A DNA stretch of 64,000 nucleotides from Bacilli bacterium. GTDB lineage: Bacteria; Bacillota_I; Bacilli_A; ML615J-28; CAG-313. The first letter of the stretch is position 1, and each line of letters starts with the position of its first letter. The DNA is taken from contig CAADXH010000018.1 of the NCBI GenBank assembly GCA_900752975.1, positions 46,904 to 110,903 of the forward strand, written 5' to 3'. The notes under the pieces are model-generated. The model saw nothing but the letters and a program-made list of their open reading frames with translations. It searched no databases and had not been told where the DNA came from. A program made the translations under genes and the position numbers. Shown here one piece after another: positions 9,425 to 17,781 of the stretch.

Positions 9425-9904
9425 TTATTCAGTAACTTCTGCCTTCGGATAGTCTTCTTCAGATTCAGAAGCCATCATAGCCTTTTCAAGATCTGCATAT
9501 CCATTCTGTACAGACTTTCCCTTAACAATAGAGAAAGAATTTACATAAGTAATTTCACCGGTTTCAAAATCCTTATGGCAACGAATGCTCATAACATGTT
9601 TATCAGAGTTGAATTTACCTGCATAAGATTCCTGTACAGATACGGTGAATGTATTATCAGTATTAAACTTGATAATTGTACCAAACTGAGTAAAGCCCTT
9701 GAGCTGGTCATTGTCAAACAATTCTGCCTTACTCATACTAACTGGAATAGCTACCTTGTCGAAAGAAATAGAACACAACAGATTATACAACGAATCAAGA
9801 TTATTATTATAGAAATCAGAATCTGCGATTTCTACCTTAATCTTTGTAAATCTCGGTTTAGTCTTCTTAGTTTTATCACCTTTGTTGCTTCTGAAATTAG
9901 CCAT
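9425..9904 (-). CDS. hypothetical protein; possible ssDNA-binding protein (acidic C-terminal tail)
   Basis: Sits between the topoisomerase genes. It has a basic N-terminus and an acidic C-terminus ending ESEEDYPKAEVTE. No definitive motif. Confidence 0.5.
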   Translation of the reverse strand: MANFRSNKGDKTKKTKPRFTKIKVEIADSDFYNNNLDSLYNLLCSISFDKVAIPVSMSKAELFDNDQLKGFTQFGTIIKFNTDNTFTVSVQESYAGKFNSDKHVMSIRCHKDFETGEITYVNSFSIVKGKSVQNGYADLEKAMMASESEEDYPKAEVTE

Positions 9905-9985
9905 TTTAAATTTCTCCTTTATAAAAAATTTGTAATATGTAGATTTATTTTTACTAAATCTTTACATATTAGTTGCTGTGGTAGT

Positions 9986-10013
9986 AAAAAACAACGGGTA
10001 TATTTCAACCCGC
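9986..10013 (-). terminator. weak hairpin plus A-run downstream of the topoisomerase B gene
   Basis: cgggt/acccg stem followed by a T-run on the minus strand. Confidence 0.35.
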
Positions 10014-10039
10014 TGCCTATATTAGATATCGATTCCAAC

Positions 10040-12337
10040 TCAATCTTTTAACAAAAGATCTTTATTAGAATTGATATATCTCATTTCTTCTAGTTCCTTT
10101 TCAATATCTTCTACTGTATATCGAACCAGTGTTCTATCACCATTTGGATTCAAGGTTGATGATGCTAACATACTTGGATCCATTTCACCAAGACCTTTAA
10201 ATCGCTTCAATCTTGCTGGCTTGAATTTCTCAAATAGATTCATAAGATTGAATAACGATATTGTTTCACCATTAACAATATACTCTGCATCAGATCCATC
10301 GATATATGGAACTACTTTATTACACTCATTTATAAGAAAATTATTAAAGAATACCTTATGATATTTTTCATTTGCGATTCCATCGAATATAATTGTATCG
10401 TTTGTTCTCTCTATATTCAAGAATCTATATTTCTTAGATAAAGTTGATTTGAATTTAGCAAATGGTAACTTTCTATTGACTAAGATATCTTCTAGCAACT
10501 GAGGATCAATTGCATGATTGAAAGATACTTTCTTAAGTTCACTGATATAATCAGAATTGTTATATAACAATCTTGTTATTTCTGCTGGCTTAAGAGCAAT
10601 CTTCTTAGTTGTCTGGATGTTATATGATTTACTAAATTCCTTTTGAATATACTTGATAAAATCAAGCTTATCTGAAAAGTATCGATAGTCATTCTTTTCT
10701 GGAATTGCATATAGTGGTGGAAGTGCTGCGAATACTCTACCTGCTTCTACCAATGGAGCACAATATAACATAAGGAATCTTAACCATAATGTTCTAATGT
10801 GAGCACCATCAGGGTCTGCATCAGCCATGATAATAACCCTTTCTATCTTACACTTTTTAAGATTAAAGTTCTTACCATAACCAGCATCCATAATAGAAAG
10901 AACACCTGATAATTCATCATTCTTTAATACTTCTGCTTTTGACTTTTCGAACACATTCGGAATCTTACCTCTTGATGGTAGGATACCTTGATGTGCATGA
11001 TCTCTTACATTTCGAGCTGACCCGAATGCAGAATCACCCTCAACAATTATGAGTTCATTTCCGTGCCGACTATTTGGTTTCAAGTATTTTGCTGGAAGAC
11101 CAGAGAACGGCGACGCTTCGAACATCGAAGAAAGTTTAATTTTGTCTTTATCTTGTTTATTCCGCATTTCAATAACTTCTTTAAAGTACTTACAAAGTTT
11201 TTGAAGTTCTGTGGAATGAGATTTAGACCATTCATTTAAACCTGCAATAATTGTCTGAGAAACGAAAGGTTTCATATCATCATTATCAAGTAATTCTTTT
11301 GCTTGTCCATTGTATAATGCTTTAAGATGGAACGTACTAATTGCTAACTTAAGTCCTTGTCTAATATCAGCTGCTGAACAAGTTAACTTATTTTTAGCTT
11401 TAGAATTACTTAGAAAAATCTTATTCATGTAACTCTTAAAATACTTTGTAATACCATCAATTGCACCATCAACATGAGTACCACCATCTGTTGGACAAGT
11501 ATTATTTAGAGATATAATTTCTTCTTCACTTCCAGTATCATAAGTGAATGCAACTTCCATTTTTCTTGTACCATCATCATTTCGAATGATAATCGGTTCA
11601 ATAAATGGGTTCTGAGTCATATTAATAAGGTGTGTGATAATACCATCTCTGTTTTCAATCGACTCAACATGTTTCTTACCAGTAATATCAATACCAAGAT
11701 ATTCAACATGAGTTCCAATTGGAGTAGATGGAATGATAAGTGCTAACAAATCATAAATCTCTTTCCAAGTTGTAGTAACTTCACCAATTACAGTTTCATT
11801 TGGAATGAATGAAATTGTAGTTCCTTGTTTGTCACCACACTCAATATCAACTTCACCTTTTTTCCAAAGATGCCCTTCAATAAATTCTGCATGCTTTGCT
11901 TTTCCTAATACATAACTGTCTACAGTAAATTTACTTGAAAGAGCATTTGTTGTAGAACCGCCACAGCCATTCTTACCTGCTGAATACTTATATGGCTCTT
12001 TTACATAGTTTGATGAAGTATGACTTGTACCGAAAATGATACCAATCTTCCCATGTGGAATCCCTCTACCGTTATCACTAACAGTAACTTTATGATTTCT
12101 TTCATCATACTCTACAAAGATATTTGGTGAGAATGCATTTCCTTTTAAAATTTCATCTACAGAGTTTTGGAAGATTTCTCTTACCATTGTAATGAATGCT
12201 GCATTCTCTTTTACCTTACCAATAAACACATCTGGAGTTTGTCTTACTTGTTCTACAAAATCTGAGATTTGTCTAATCTCATTTCCGTAGTTCTTAGCTC
12301 TATCTTCTAATGAAGTTGTGTTTGATTTCTTCATTTT
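10040..12337 (-). CDS. type IIA DNA topoisomerase subunit B (GyrB/ParE-like); start moved to MKKSNTT
   Basis: GHKL ATPase region (VSDNGRGIP) and Toprim motif EGDSAFGSA. GGAGG lies 8 nt upstream of the ATG at 12337. The ORF-track start at 12424 has no RBS. Confidence 0.85.
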   Translation of the reverse strand, partial: KMKKSNTTSLEDRAKNYGNEIRQISDFVEQVRQTPDVFIGKVKENAAFITMVREIFQNSVDEILKGNAFSPNIFVEYDERNHKVTVSDNGRGIPHGKIGIIFGTSHTSSNYVKEPYKYSAGKNGCGGSTTNALSSKFTVDSYVLGKAKHAEFIEGHLWKKGEVDIECGDKQGTTISFIPNETVIGEVTTTWKEIYDLLALIIPSTPIGTHVEYLGIDITGKKHVESIENRDGIITHLINMTQNPFIEPIIIRNDDGTRKMEVAFTYDTGSEEEIISLNNTCPTDGGTHVDGAIDGITKYFKSYMNKIFLSNSKAKNKLTCSAADIRQGLKLAISTFHLKALYNGQAKELLDNDDMKPFVSQTIIAGLNEWSKSHSTELQKLCKYFKEVIEMRNKQDKDKIKLSSMFEASPFSGLPAKYLKPNSRHGNELIIVEGDSAFGSARNVRDHAHQGILPSRGKIPNVFEKSKAEVLKNDELSGVLSIMDAGYGKNFNLKKCKIERVIIMADADPDGAHIRTLWLRFLMLYCAPLVEAGRVFAALPPLYAIPEKNDYRYFSDKLDFIKYIQKEFSKSYNIQTTKKIALKPAEITRLLYNNSDYISELKKVSFNHAIDPQLLEDILVNRKLPFAKFKSTLSKKYRFLNIERTNDTIIFDGIANEKYHKVFFNNFLINECNKVVPYIDGSDAEYIVNGETISLFNLMNLFEKFKPARLKRFKGLGEMDPSMLASSTLNPNGDRTLVRYTVEDIEKELEEMRYINSNKDLLLKD

Positions 12338-12388
12338 AAACCTCCTATAAACAAAAAAGGATGATCTTTTACAATCACCCTTTTCTAA

Positions 12389-12418
12389 ATTTATGTACAC
12401 TCCACCTAATGGCAGAGT
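12389..12418. promoter_or_regulatory. perfect 9-bp inverted repeat (TGTACACTC-N12-GAGTGTACA) in the topoisomerase B leader
   Basis: Read directly. No adjacent T-run, so it is more likely an operator than a terminator. Confidence 0.4.
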
Positions 12419-12460
12419 GTACATAATATTTAGATTATTACTTTAATATGTGCTTACAGC

Positions 12461-13450
12461 TTATACCTTACTGTTTGCTGTAGTTGTTGTTCCCATACTT
12501 GGATTCTGAGTGCCAGACGGAGTTACTGGAACACCTGGCATTGGAACAGAATTCATATTTGGAACTGTCTGAGTTTGCTGCTGCATCATTTGAGGTTGTA
12601 CCTGAGGCTGGCCATTCTGAACAAATGCATTATTATTTAACATTGTTCCACCAGACTGCATTGGTGCACCCATCTGTTGCATTGGATTATTAAACTGCTG
12701 AGCAGTCTGCATAATCTGCTGCTGTGCTGTTTGCATTCCCATGTTTGCTGCCTGCTGCATCATCTGCTGCAACTGCTGTGGAGTCATCTGCATTTGCTGC
12801 TGAGGTTGCTGATAACCGAATCCAGGATTAGACGGAATATAATAATTTGGAACAGCTCCGATAGAACCATTATACATTCCGTTGCCCCAAGAACCTTGAT
12901 AGCCCTGGGCAGACATCATGTTACCAATCTGCTTGTTCAGAGTTTCATAGTTCTTCTGACCGTTTTCGTAAGCAATCGGTAAAAGCTTATTAACAATACC
13001 AAATGCCTTAAAGATTTCATCCATAATACCCTGGTCATCAGAAGTATTCGTAACCTTTACAGTCATTACGAAATTTCTCAAACCTTCCAAGTATTCGATG
13101 AGAACCTGAACTGGTTGCATAATCAGATTGAATTCCTGACCAGTCCACTTTACTCTCATTCTTTCTGTCTTCGGATCTACGATTTCCAATGCGAGATTAC
13201 CGTTGGAATCTCTCAAGTTCCACTTGAATTCTGCAAGTTCTTCATCAGATACAGACATAGAATTCTTAGTGGTCGAACGGATCATAGCCATTTCTTCTTC
13301 GTTAACGTTGCACTGCTTTGGCTTTTGAACATTGTTAAAGTTTAAGCCATTGTTTTGTGCAAAGTTATTTGGCATAGCCATCTGCTGTTGCTGGAATAAG
13401 TTTCCATTATTTCCCTGTGCTTGCTGATTTGCGAAAATGTTGTTAAACAT
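12461..13450 (-). CDS. Q/N/M-rich low-complexity (prion-like) protein with a central globular domain
   Basis: RBS GGAGGAAAATG. Roughly 60 aa at the N-terminus and 140 aa at the C-terminus are dominated by Q, N, M, P and G. The central ~110 aa have ordinary composition. Confidence 0.65.
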   Translation of the reverse strand: MFNNIFANQQAQGNNGNLFQQQQMAMPNNFAQNNGLNFNNVQKPKQCNVNEEEMAMIRSTTKNSMSVSDEELAEFKWNLRDSNGNLALEIVDPKTERMRVKWTGQEFNLIMQPVQVLIEYLEGLRNFVMTVKVTNTSDDQGIMDEIFKAFGIVNKLLPIAYENGQKNYETLNKQIGNMMSAQGYQGSWGNGMYNGSIGAVPNYYIPSNPGFGYQQPQQQMQMTPQQLQQMMQQAANMGMQTAQQQIMQTAQQFNNPMQQMGAPMQSGGTMLNNNAFVQNGQPQVQPQMMQQQTQTVPNMNSVPMPGVPVTPSGTQNPSMGTTTTANSKV

Positions 13451-13557
13451 AACATTTTCCTCCTTTTAAAATAATTTTATTTGATTGAGATTCCTCTCTA
13501 ATCACCTTAATATTATATAACCATTTACTTTTTTGTTCTAGACCTTGTAAATGATTA

Positions 13558-14037
13558 TCATAGGAAACGTGTTGCGTCCTTATCGACAATCTCGTCATCT
13601 GGACGCAATCCCCGTTTCTCAGTAGTTGGAGATTCATGACCCATGAAATAAGTTCTTTCATCCCATAGGTCAGTCATCTGTTGATAATATCTCTTTCTAG
13701 TTTCTTCATTAGTAAGTCCTTCACCAACTTTAGCCTTTAACAAGTTGTCAAGACAAAGTCTATCTAGAACTGTACCAATCATTTCAATTGAAGCATAATC
13801 CATTACTCTTACACTCATTGGGTAGAGTCTTGAATCAGTGGTTTGTGTTGGAACTGTATTCGGACAAATGATATATACTACTTCATTCGTATCGTCCCAT
13901 AACATACAACAATCTGCTTCTGAGAAACTATAGTTACCGTCGGAACCAACAATTCTAATTGGTAAAGCCATACCTCGTTCTTTACCTGGCAGATTGTGAA
14001 GTTCTTTACGGATTTTAATTACTGTATTTTTATCCAT
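13558..14037 (-). CDS. hypothetical protein (start moved to the ATG at 14037)
   Basis: GGAGG lies 10 nt upstream of the ATG. The ORF-track TTG start is too close to the RBS. Confidence 0.5.
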   Translation of the reverse strand: MDKNTVIKIRKELHNLPGKERGMALPIRIVGSDGNYSFSEADCCMLWDDTNEVVYIICPNTVPTQTTDSRLYPMSVRVMDYASIEMIGTVLDRLCLDNLLKAKVGEGLTNEETRKRYYQQMTDLWDERTYFMGHESPTTEKRGLRPDDEIVDKDATRFL

Positions 14038-14082
14038 TAGTATCAACCTCCTTGATTTATATGAAAGTTGATATGTTTGAGA

Positions 14083-14619
14083 TTAGATAAATCGTACAGC
14101 TGGGTTACCCCATTTGTTGTTTGTCTTATAAACCAGTCTACAGAAATTATCCATAAAGGTAAAGTCTGATAAACCAGAATTGATAAAGCCCGTCAATAAA
14201 CTGCATGCATTATAATAATAAGCATACGCTTCATCGACAAAATGAATAACTGGAATATTATTGATTTCCATCTGAATCTTATCCAGTTCTGCTTGTCGAA
14301 ATTCCTCAGCAATACTGTTAACAGTATTTACTCTAGATTGTTTCCACTCTGTAACAATCTGATACAGTGGAGCCATATTCGTCACCTTAGTACTATAGTA
14401 ATTGTACAAAGCTGACACAATTGAATACGAACACAAATCTTTAAAGTCTGGATTTGTGTTTACATTCGTTTCACCCATATTTCCGAAATACAGGTCTTTG
14501 ATGACATTCTCAATATAACGATTAAGAGTGTCTGGATGAATTCTGGATGTCCAATCTGGACCAAGAGATTGTCTCTGATTTGTCATCCACGATTTTCTTT
14601 CTTTGAACTGTTGTGCCAT
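14083..14619 (-). CDS. hypothetical protein (178 aa)
   Basis: RBS AGGAGG. Confidence 0.55.
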   Translation of the reverse strand: MAQQFKERKSWMTNQRQSLGPDWTSRIHPDTLNRYIENVIKDLYFGNMGETNVNTNPDFKDLCSYSIVSALYNYYSTKVTNMAPLYQIVTEWKQSRVNTVNSIAEEFRQAELDKIQMEINNIPVIHFVDEAYAYYYNACSLLTGFINSGLSDFTFMDNFCRLVYKTNNKWGNPAVRFI

Positions 14620-14623
14620 TTTA

Positions 14624-15118
14624 TTAGTCCTCCTTTAAGAATGTTCCACCGAAATTTCCATTACCAACTGCATCAGAATTCTCGGCTCTGAATTCCTCTT
14701 CATTATTGAATCCTTCGAGATACTGTTCAAGCGTATCATCATCGAAAGCTTCATTCGGATAAGCTTTGTTGCAGAGTTTTAAAAATCTGTAAAGAGAAAT
14801 ACCCTTTCCAGCATCTACTCCCTCTACCATTACAATCGATTCTCTTACATCGACTGCACGTTCTGCATCTTCATCGAGATACGATTTAATTGATACGAAA
14901 GCATGATATCTACCATAAACGATAAATGCTTCGCCACTAATTGTCATCTCATTATCAGCAAGCTGACTTCTGAGATCAATCAAATAGGATTTGAAGATAA
15001 TAAAATATTTCTTCTCCTCCGGTGATTTTGCGTCGGGTGGAACTACACCCGTCTTGTTGATTTGTTTGATCTGTTCTTGTGTAACATGACCATTCAATTC
15101 TGTGAATAAACTTCCCAT
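14624..15118 (-). CDS. hypothetical protein (164 aa)
   Basis: RBS GGAGG. Tightly packed against the downstream gene. Confidence 0.55.
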   Translation of the reverse strand: MGSLFTELNGHVTQEQIKQINKTGVVPPDAKSPEEKKYFIIFKSYLIDLRSQLADNEMTISGEAFIVYGRYHAFVSIKSYLDEDAERAVDVRESIVMVEGVDAGKGISLYRFLKLCNKAYPNEAFDDDTLEQYLEGFNNEEEFRAENSDAVGNGNFGGTFLKED

Positions 15119-15184
15119 TTTAAAATTCCTCCATTTTAAAAATTTTGTTTGATATATCTCTATATCTACCTTAATAATATATAC

Positions 15185-16399
15185 TTACCAAAATTTTTTA
15201 GGTCGTCTTTTTACATAGATACAATGATTACGGAATCTTGTGATACCAACGTAATGAAGATTGTTGTTTATATTTCTATTGAGAAACTCTTCAAAGTAGA
15301 TACCATTATTGAATTCAGAACCTTGACTCATATGTGTTGTAATAGCATACCCAAATTCAAACTTATTTCCTTTAGAAAAGTGAGTTTCTAGTAATGCTTT
15401 TCTCTCTTTTCTATCTGCTGTAAGATATCTATAATCAACATCAATATCCTTGAAATAAGAATCTACAATATCCGGTTTGAATGACATTTTGAATGTGTTG
15501 TCTTCATGGTTATAACTTGCTGGACTAATCATAGATACACAGTTTCCTACGAGTCCATTTGTTAAACTAATTCCACCACATTCTTCTTGCCAATTATTCT
15601 TTCTACAAACAACTCTTTCACCAAGATTTGGAATAGAATTAATGAATCCGAACATATTATGACGAACATGATTATTTATATTATCTCTAGTAGCGTTCTT
15701 TCCACAGATTACAATATCTGATTGAGCAATCATATTGTCTGTTACCTCATCGTCATAAATAACTGTAACATTTCTAAATTTGCCATGAGGTAATGGTCGT
15801 CCATTAATGAGTAACTGTGAGAATTTGATAATTGTATTATCACTAGCTTGTCTCATAATTTCAGTTAGTTTATGAACTCTTTCTGGATTATTTAAATACC
15901 CAGGTTTACCAACTACAGGTGGTAACTGGTCAATATCACCAGCAGCAATTACAGGTATATTCATACTATCAATAATTAACCGCATATCAGCTGGAACCAT
16001 ACCTGCTTCATCTACAATGATTAAGTCAATATTATCAAGATGTGTTTTAGGAATGAATACCATCTTAAATTTCGGTTTATTAAAGACAGGATCTAGTTCT
16101 TGTTCACCTTTGTCATTTAATACAGGCATTTCTATAAAGTCATATAACCAAGAAAAAATAGTACCTGCATTTTGCATTCCTTTTGTACGCATATTGATTG
16201 TTGCTGACCCTGTATAAGCCATAGGTGCAACACGCTCAATATCAATATGCAATGCTTCCAATATCTTATTGATAAGGAATGTTTTTCCGGAACCTGGTGG
16301 TCCAGAAATTTCAAAAGTTTGTTCAGTACCCTGACGCCACCATCTGATGGCGTCATTGAATACTTTTGTCTGTGATTGATTTAATTCAACAGGAATCAT
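15185..16399 (-). CDS. SF1 DNA helicase, Dda/RecD-like
   Basis: Walker A GPPGSGKT, Walker B DEAGMV, and the RecD/Dda-type motif ITTHMSQGSEF. Confidence 0.8.
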   Translation of the reverse strand: MIPVELNQSQTKVFNDAIRWWRQGTEQTFEISGPPGSGKTFLINKILEALHIDIERVAPMAYTGSATINMRTKGMQNAGTIFSWLYDFIEMPVLNDKGEQELDPVFNKPKFKMVFIPKTHLDNIDLIIVDEAGMVPADMRLIIDSMNIPVIAAGDIDQLPPVVGKPGYLNNPERVHKLTEIMRQASDNTIIKFSQLLINGRPLPHGKFRNVTVIYDDEVTDNMIAQSDIVICGKNATRDNINNHVRHNMFGFINSIPNLGERVVCRKNNWQEECGGISLTNGLVGNCVSMISPASYNHEDNTFKMSFKPDIVDSYFKDIDVDYRYLTADRKERKALLETHFSKGNKFEFGYAITTHMSQGSEFNNGIYFEEFLNRNINNNLHYVGITRFRNHCIYVKRRPKKFW

Positions 16400-16917
16400 T
16401 TCTTTTTATCTCCTTTTAAAGTTTGCTGAGTTAATCGATCAATATTAACTTGATTGTCAATTAAAGCCAGTGTATTATAATCACTGATACTGTTATTCTC
16501 CATAATATTGATTAAATCAATCCAACAAACTGTTTCGTTTGTAAAAGGGTGAGAGGTAATATCTCCTCTGTTTGTTCTACAAGTAGCATATAACATATTC
16601 GGATTGTTAAGATACTTGGAAATGAAGAACGCAGAGATACTAAAGTTACTATCTTCTTTCATTCTGATAATAGCATATCTATTGAACAAATAGTAAGCAA
16701 TCTTTCTATTGCTGAAAGGCTCATAGTTAATAGAATACTTATCAGGGAATTCGAACAGAATCTTAGGATAATTGATGGACTTACCATCAATATGCACAGG
16801 CATTCCATTCTCTACAAAGATGCCATTATTGATATTGATTTCCAATACCAATAGTAAGTTGTACTCGATTTCATCCATTGCCTTTTTCACGTCTGATACA
16901 TTGTAACCGATTTCCAT
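16396..16917 (-). CDS. hypothetical protein (173 aa); its stop overlaps the helicase start (ATGA)
   Basis: RBS AAGGAG. The 4-nt overlap suggests translational coupling. Confidence 0.55.
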   Translation of the reverse strand: MEIGYNVSDVKKAMDEIEYNLLLVLEININNGIFVENGMPVHIDGKSINYPKILFEFPDKYSINYEPFSNRKIAYYLFNRYAIIRMKEDSNFSISAFFISKYLNNPNMLYATCRTNRGDITSHPFTNETVCWIDLINIMENNSISDYNTLALIDNQVNIDRLTQQTLKGDKKK

Positions 16918-16959
16918 AATTAAATGTCTCCTTAATATAAATTTACTTTAAGAGTTGTG

Positions 16960-16988
16960 CTCTTAACACTTTTATAATATATAAATCG
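16960..16988 (-). promoter_or_regulatory. promoter-like element TATAAAAGTGTTAAGAG, overlapping the hairpin ttaagag/ctcttaa
   Basis: Motif-family member about 35 nt upstream of the gene start at 16917. Confidence 0.4.
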
Positions 16989-17002
16989 AAAGGGGTTTGT
17001 GT

Positions 17003-17353
17003 ATGAAAGACTATTCTAACTACAATTTTATACATGAAGCTGTTCTATATGAAACAGTAGATAAGTATGAAGAACAAGGAATTAAACATCCGTTTTTTAT
17101 TAAAGCACTTGTTCCTTTGGAAACAGAATCAGGACAAACAATCAATATTGATAAGTCTAATATTTATAATAAGGATTTGTCTTGGTTATCTACTTATTCA
17201 ATGACAAGTGAGAGAACAATTGACTTATACTTACCAAAATATCTTATGTTAGATTTTCCTAATAAGTATATCCAAAAGGGTACTAAGTTTCTTGTAGCTT
17301 TTATCGGTGGAAATATTAACAATTGTCAAATTATAGGGAGGTGTTATGAATGA
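17003..17353 (+). CDS. hypothetical protein (ATG at 17003)
   Basis: AAAGGGG lies 7 nt upstream. The ORF-track TTG start is unlikely. Confidence 0.5.
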   Translation: MKDYSNYNFIHEAVLYETVDKYEEQGIKHPFFIKALVPLETESGQTINIDKSNIYNKDLSWLSTYSMTSERTIDLYLPKYLMLDFPNKYIQKGTKFLVAFIGGNINNCQIIGRCYE

Positions 17354-17781
17354 GTACGAAAACAAATACTTCATTCACACTAGATCAATTTGCTGATAGT
17401 AAATCATCAAATGATATATCGTATTATTCTATGAGTCTATTAGAGAAAGACCCAAGTACAAATATTGAATATGACGTATTTAATGTTATATCTGATTATA
17501 TGAATGAACTCAAACAGATGTCCCATCCTGTAACATTATCAGAAACGGAATATTATACTTATCGATTTAAGCCAAAACTTCTCGCAAAATATCTATATGG
17601 TAATACAGAGCTATACTTTATCATCTTATGGATAAATGATATGTGGTCAGTAAAAGATTTTAATCTTCGAACGATAAAACTGATTAAGAATACAGAACTT
17701 TCTGAAGCATTGAGTAAAATAAACGCCTCAGAAAAGTCCTTTATTAAAGCTTATAATGAAGCTGCATTAGCCAACTTTTGA
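17350..17781 (+). CDS. hypothetical protein (143 aa), ATGA-overlapped with the preceding gene
   Basis: GGGAGG RBS. Confidence 0.5.
   Translation: MSTKTNTSFTLDQFADSKSSNDISYYSMSLLEKDPSTNIEYDVFNVISDYMNELKQMSHPVTLSETEYYTYRFKPKLLAKYLYGNTELYFIILWINDMWSVKDFNLRTIKLIKNTELSEALSKINASEKSFIKAYNEAALANF

Noticed and set aside
9575-10361. Plus-strand ORFs antisense to 9425..9904 and to the topoisomerase B gene
   Set aside because: No RBS. They overlap better-supported minus-strand genes.
12338-12424. ORF-track N-terminal extension of the topoisomerase B gene (MYTLPLGG...)
   Set aside because: The strong GGAGG RBS is positioned for the internal ATG at 12337. The extension runs through the palindromic leader element and has no RBS.
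12484-12982. Plus-strand ORFs (69 aa and 101 aa, H/L/C-rich) antisense to the Q/N-rich gene
   Set aside because: They are the reverse-complement reading of CAG/CAA repeats. Not genes.
15149-16356. Short ORFs antisense to or nested in the Dda-like helicase gene (80, 66 and 74 aa)
   Set aside because: They overlap a conserved helicase gene and have no RBS.
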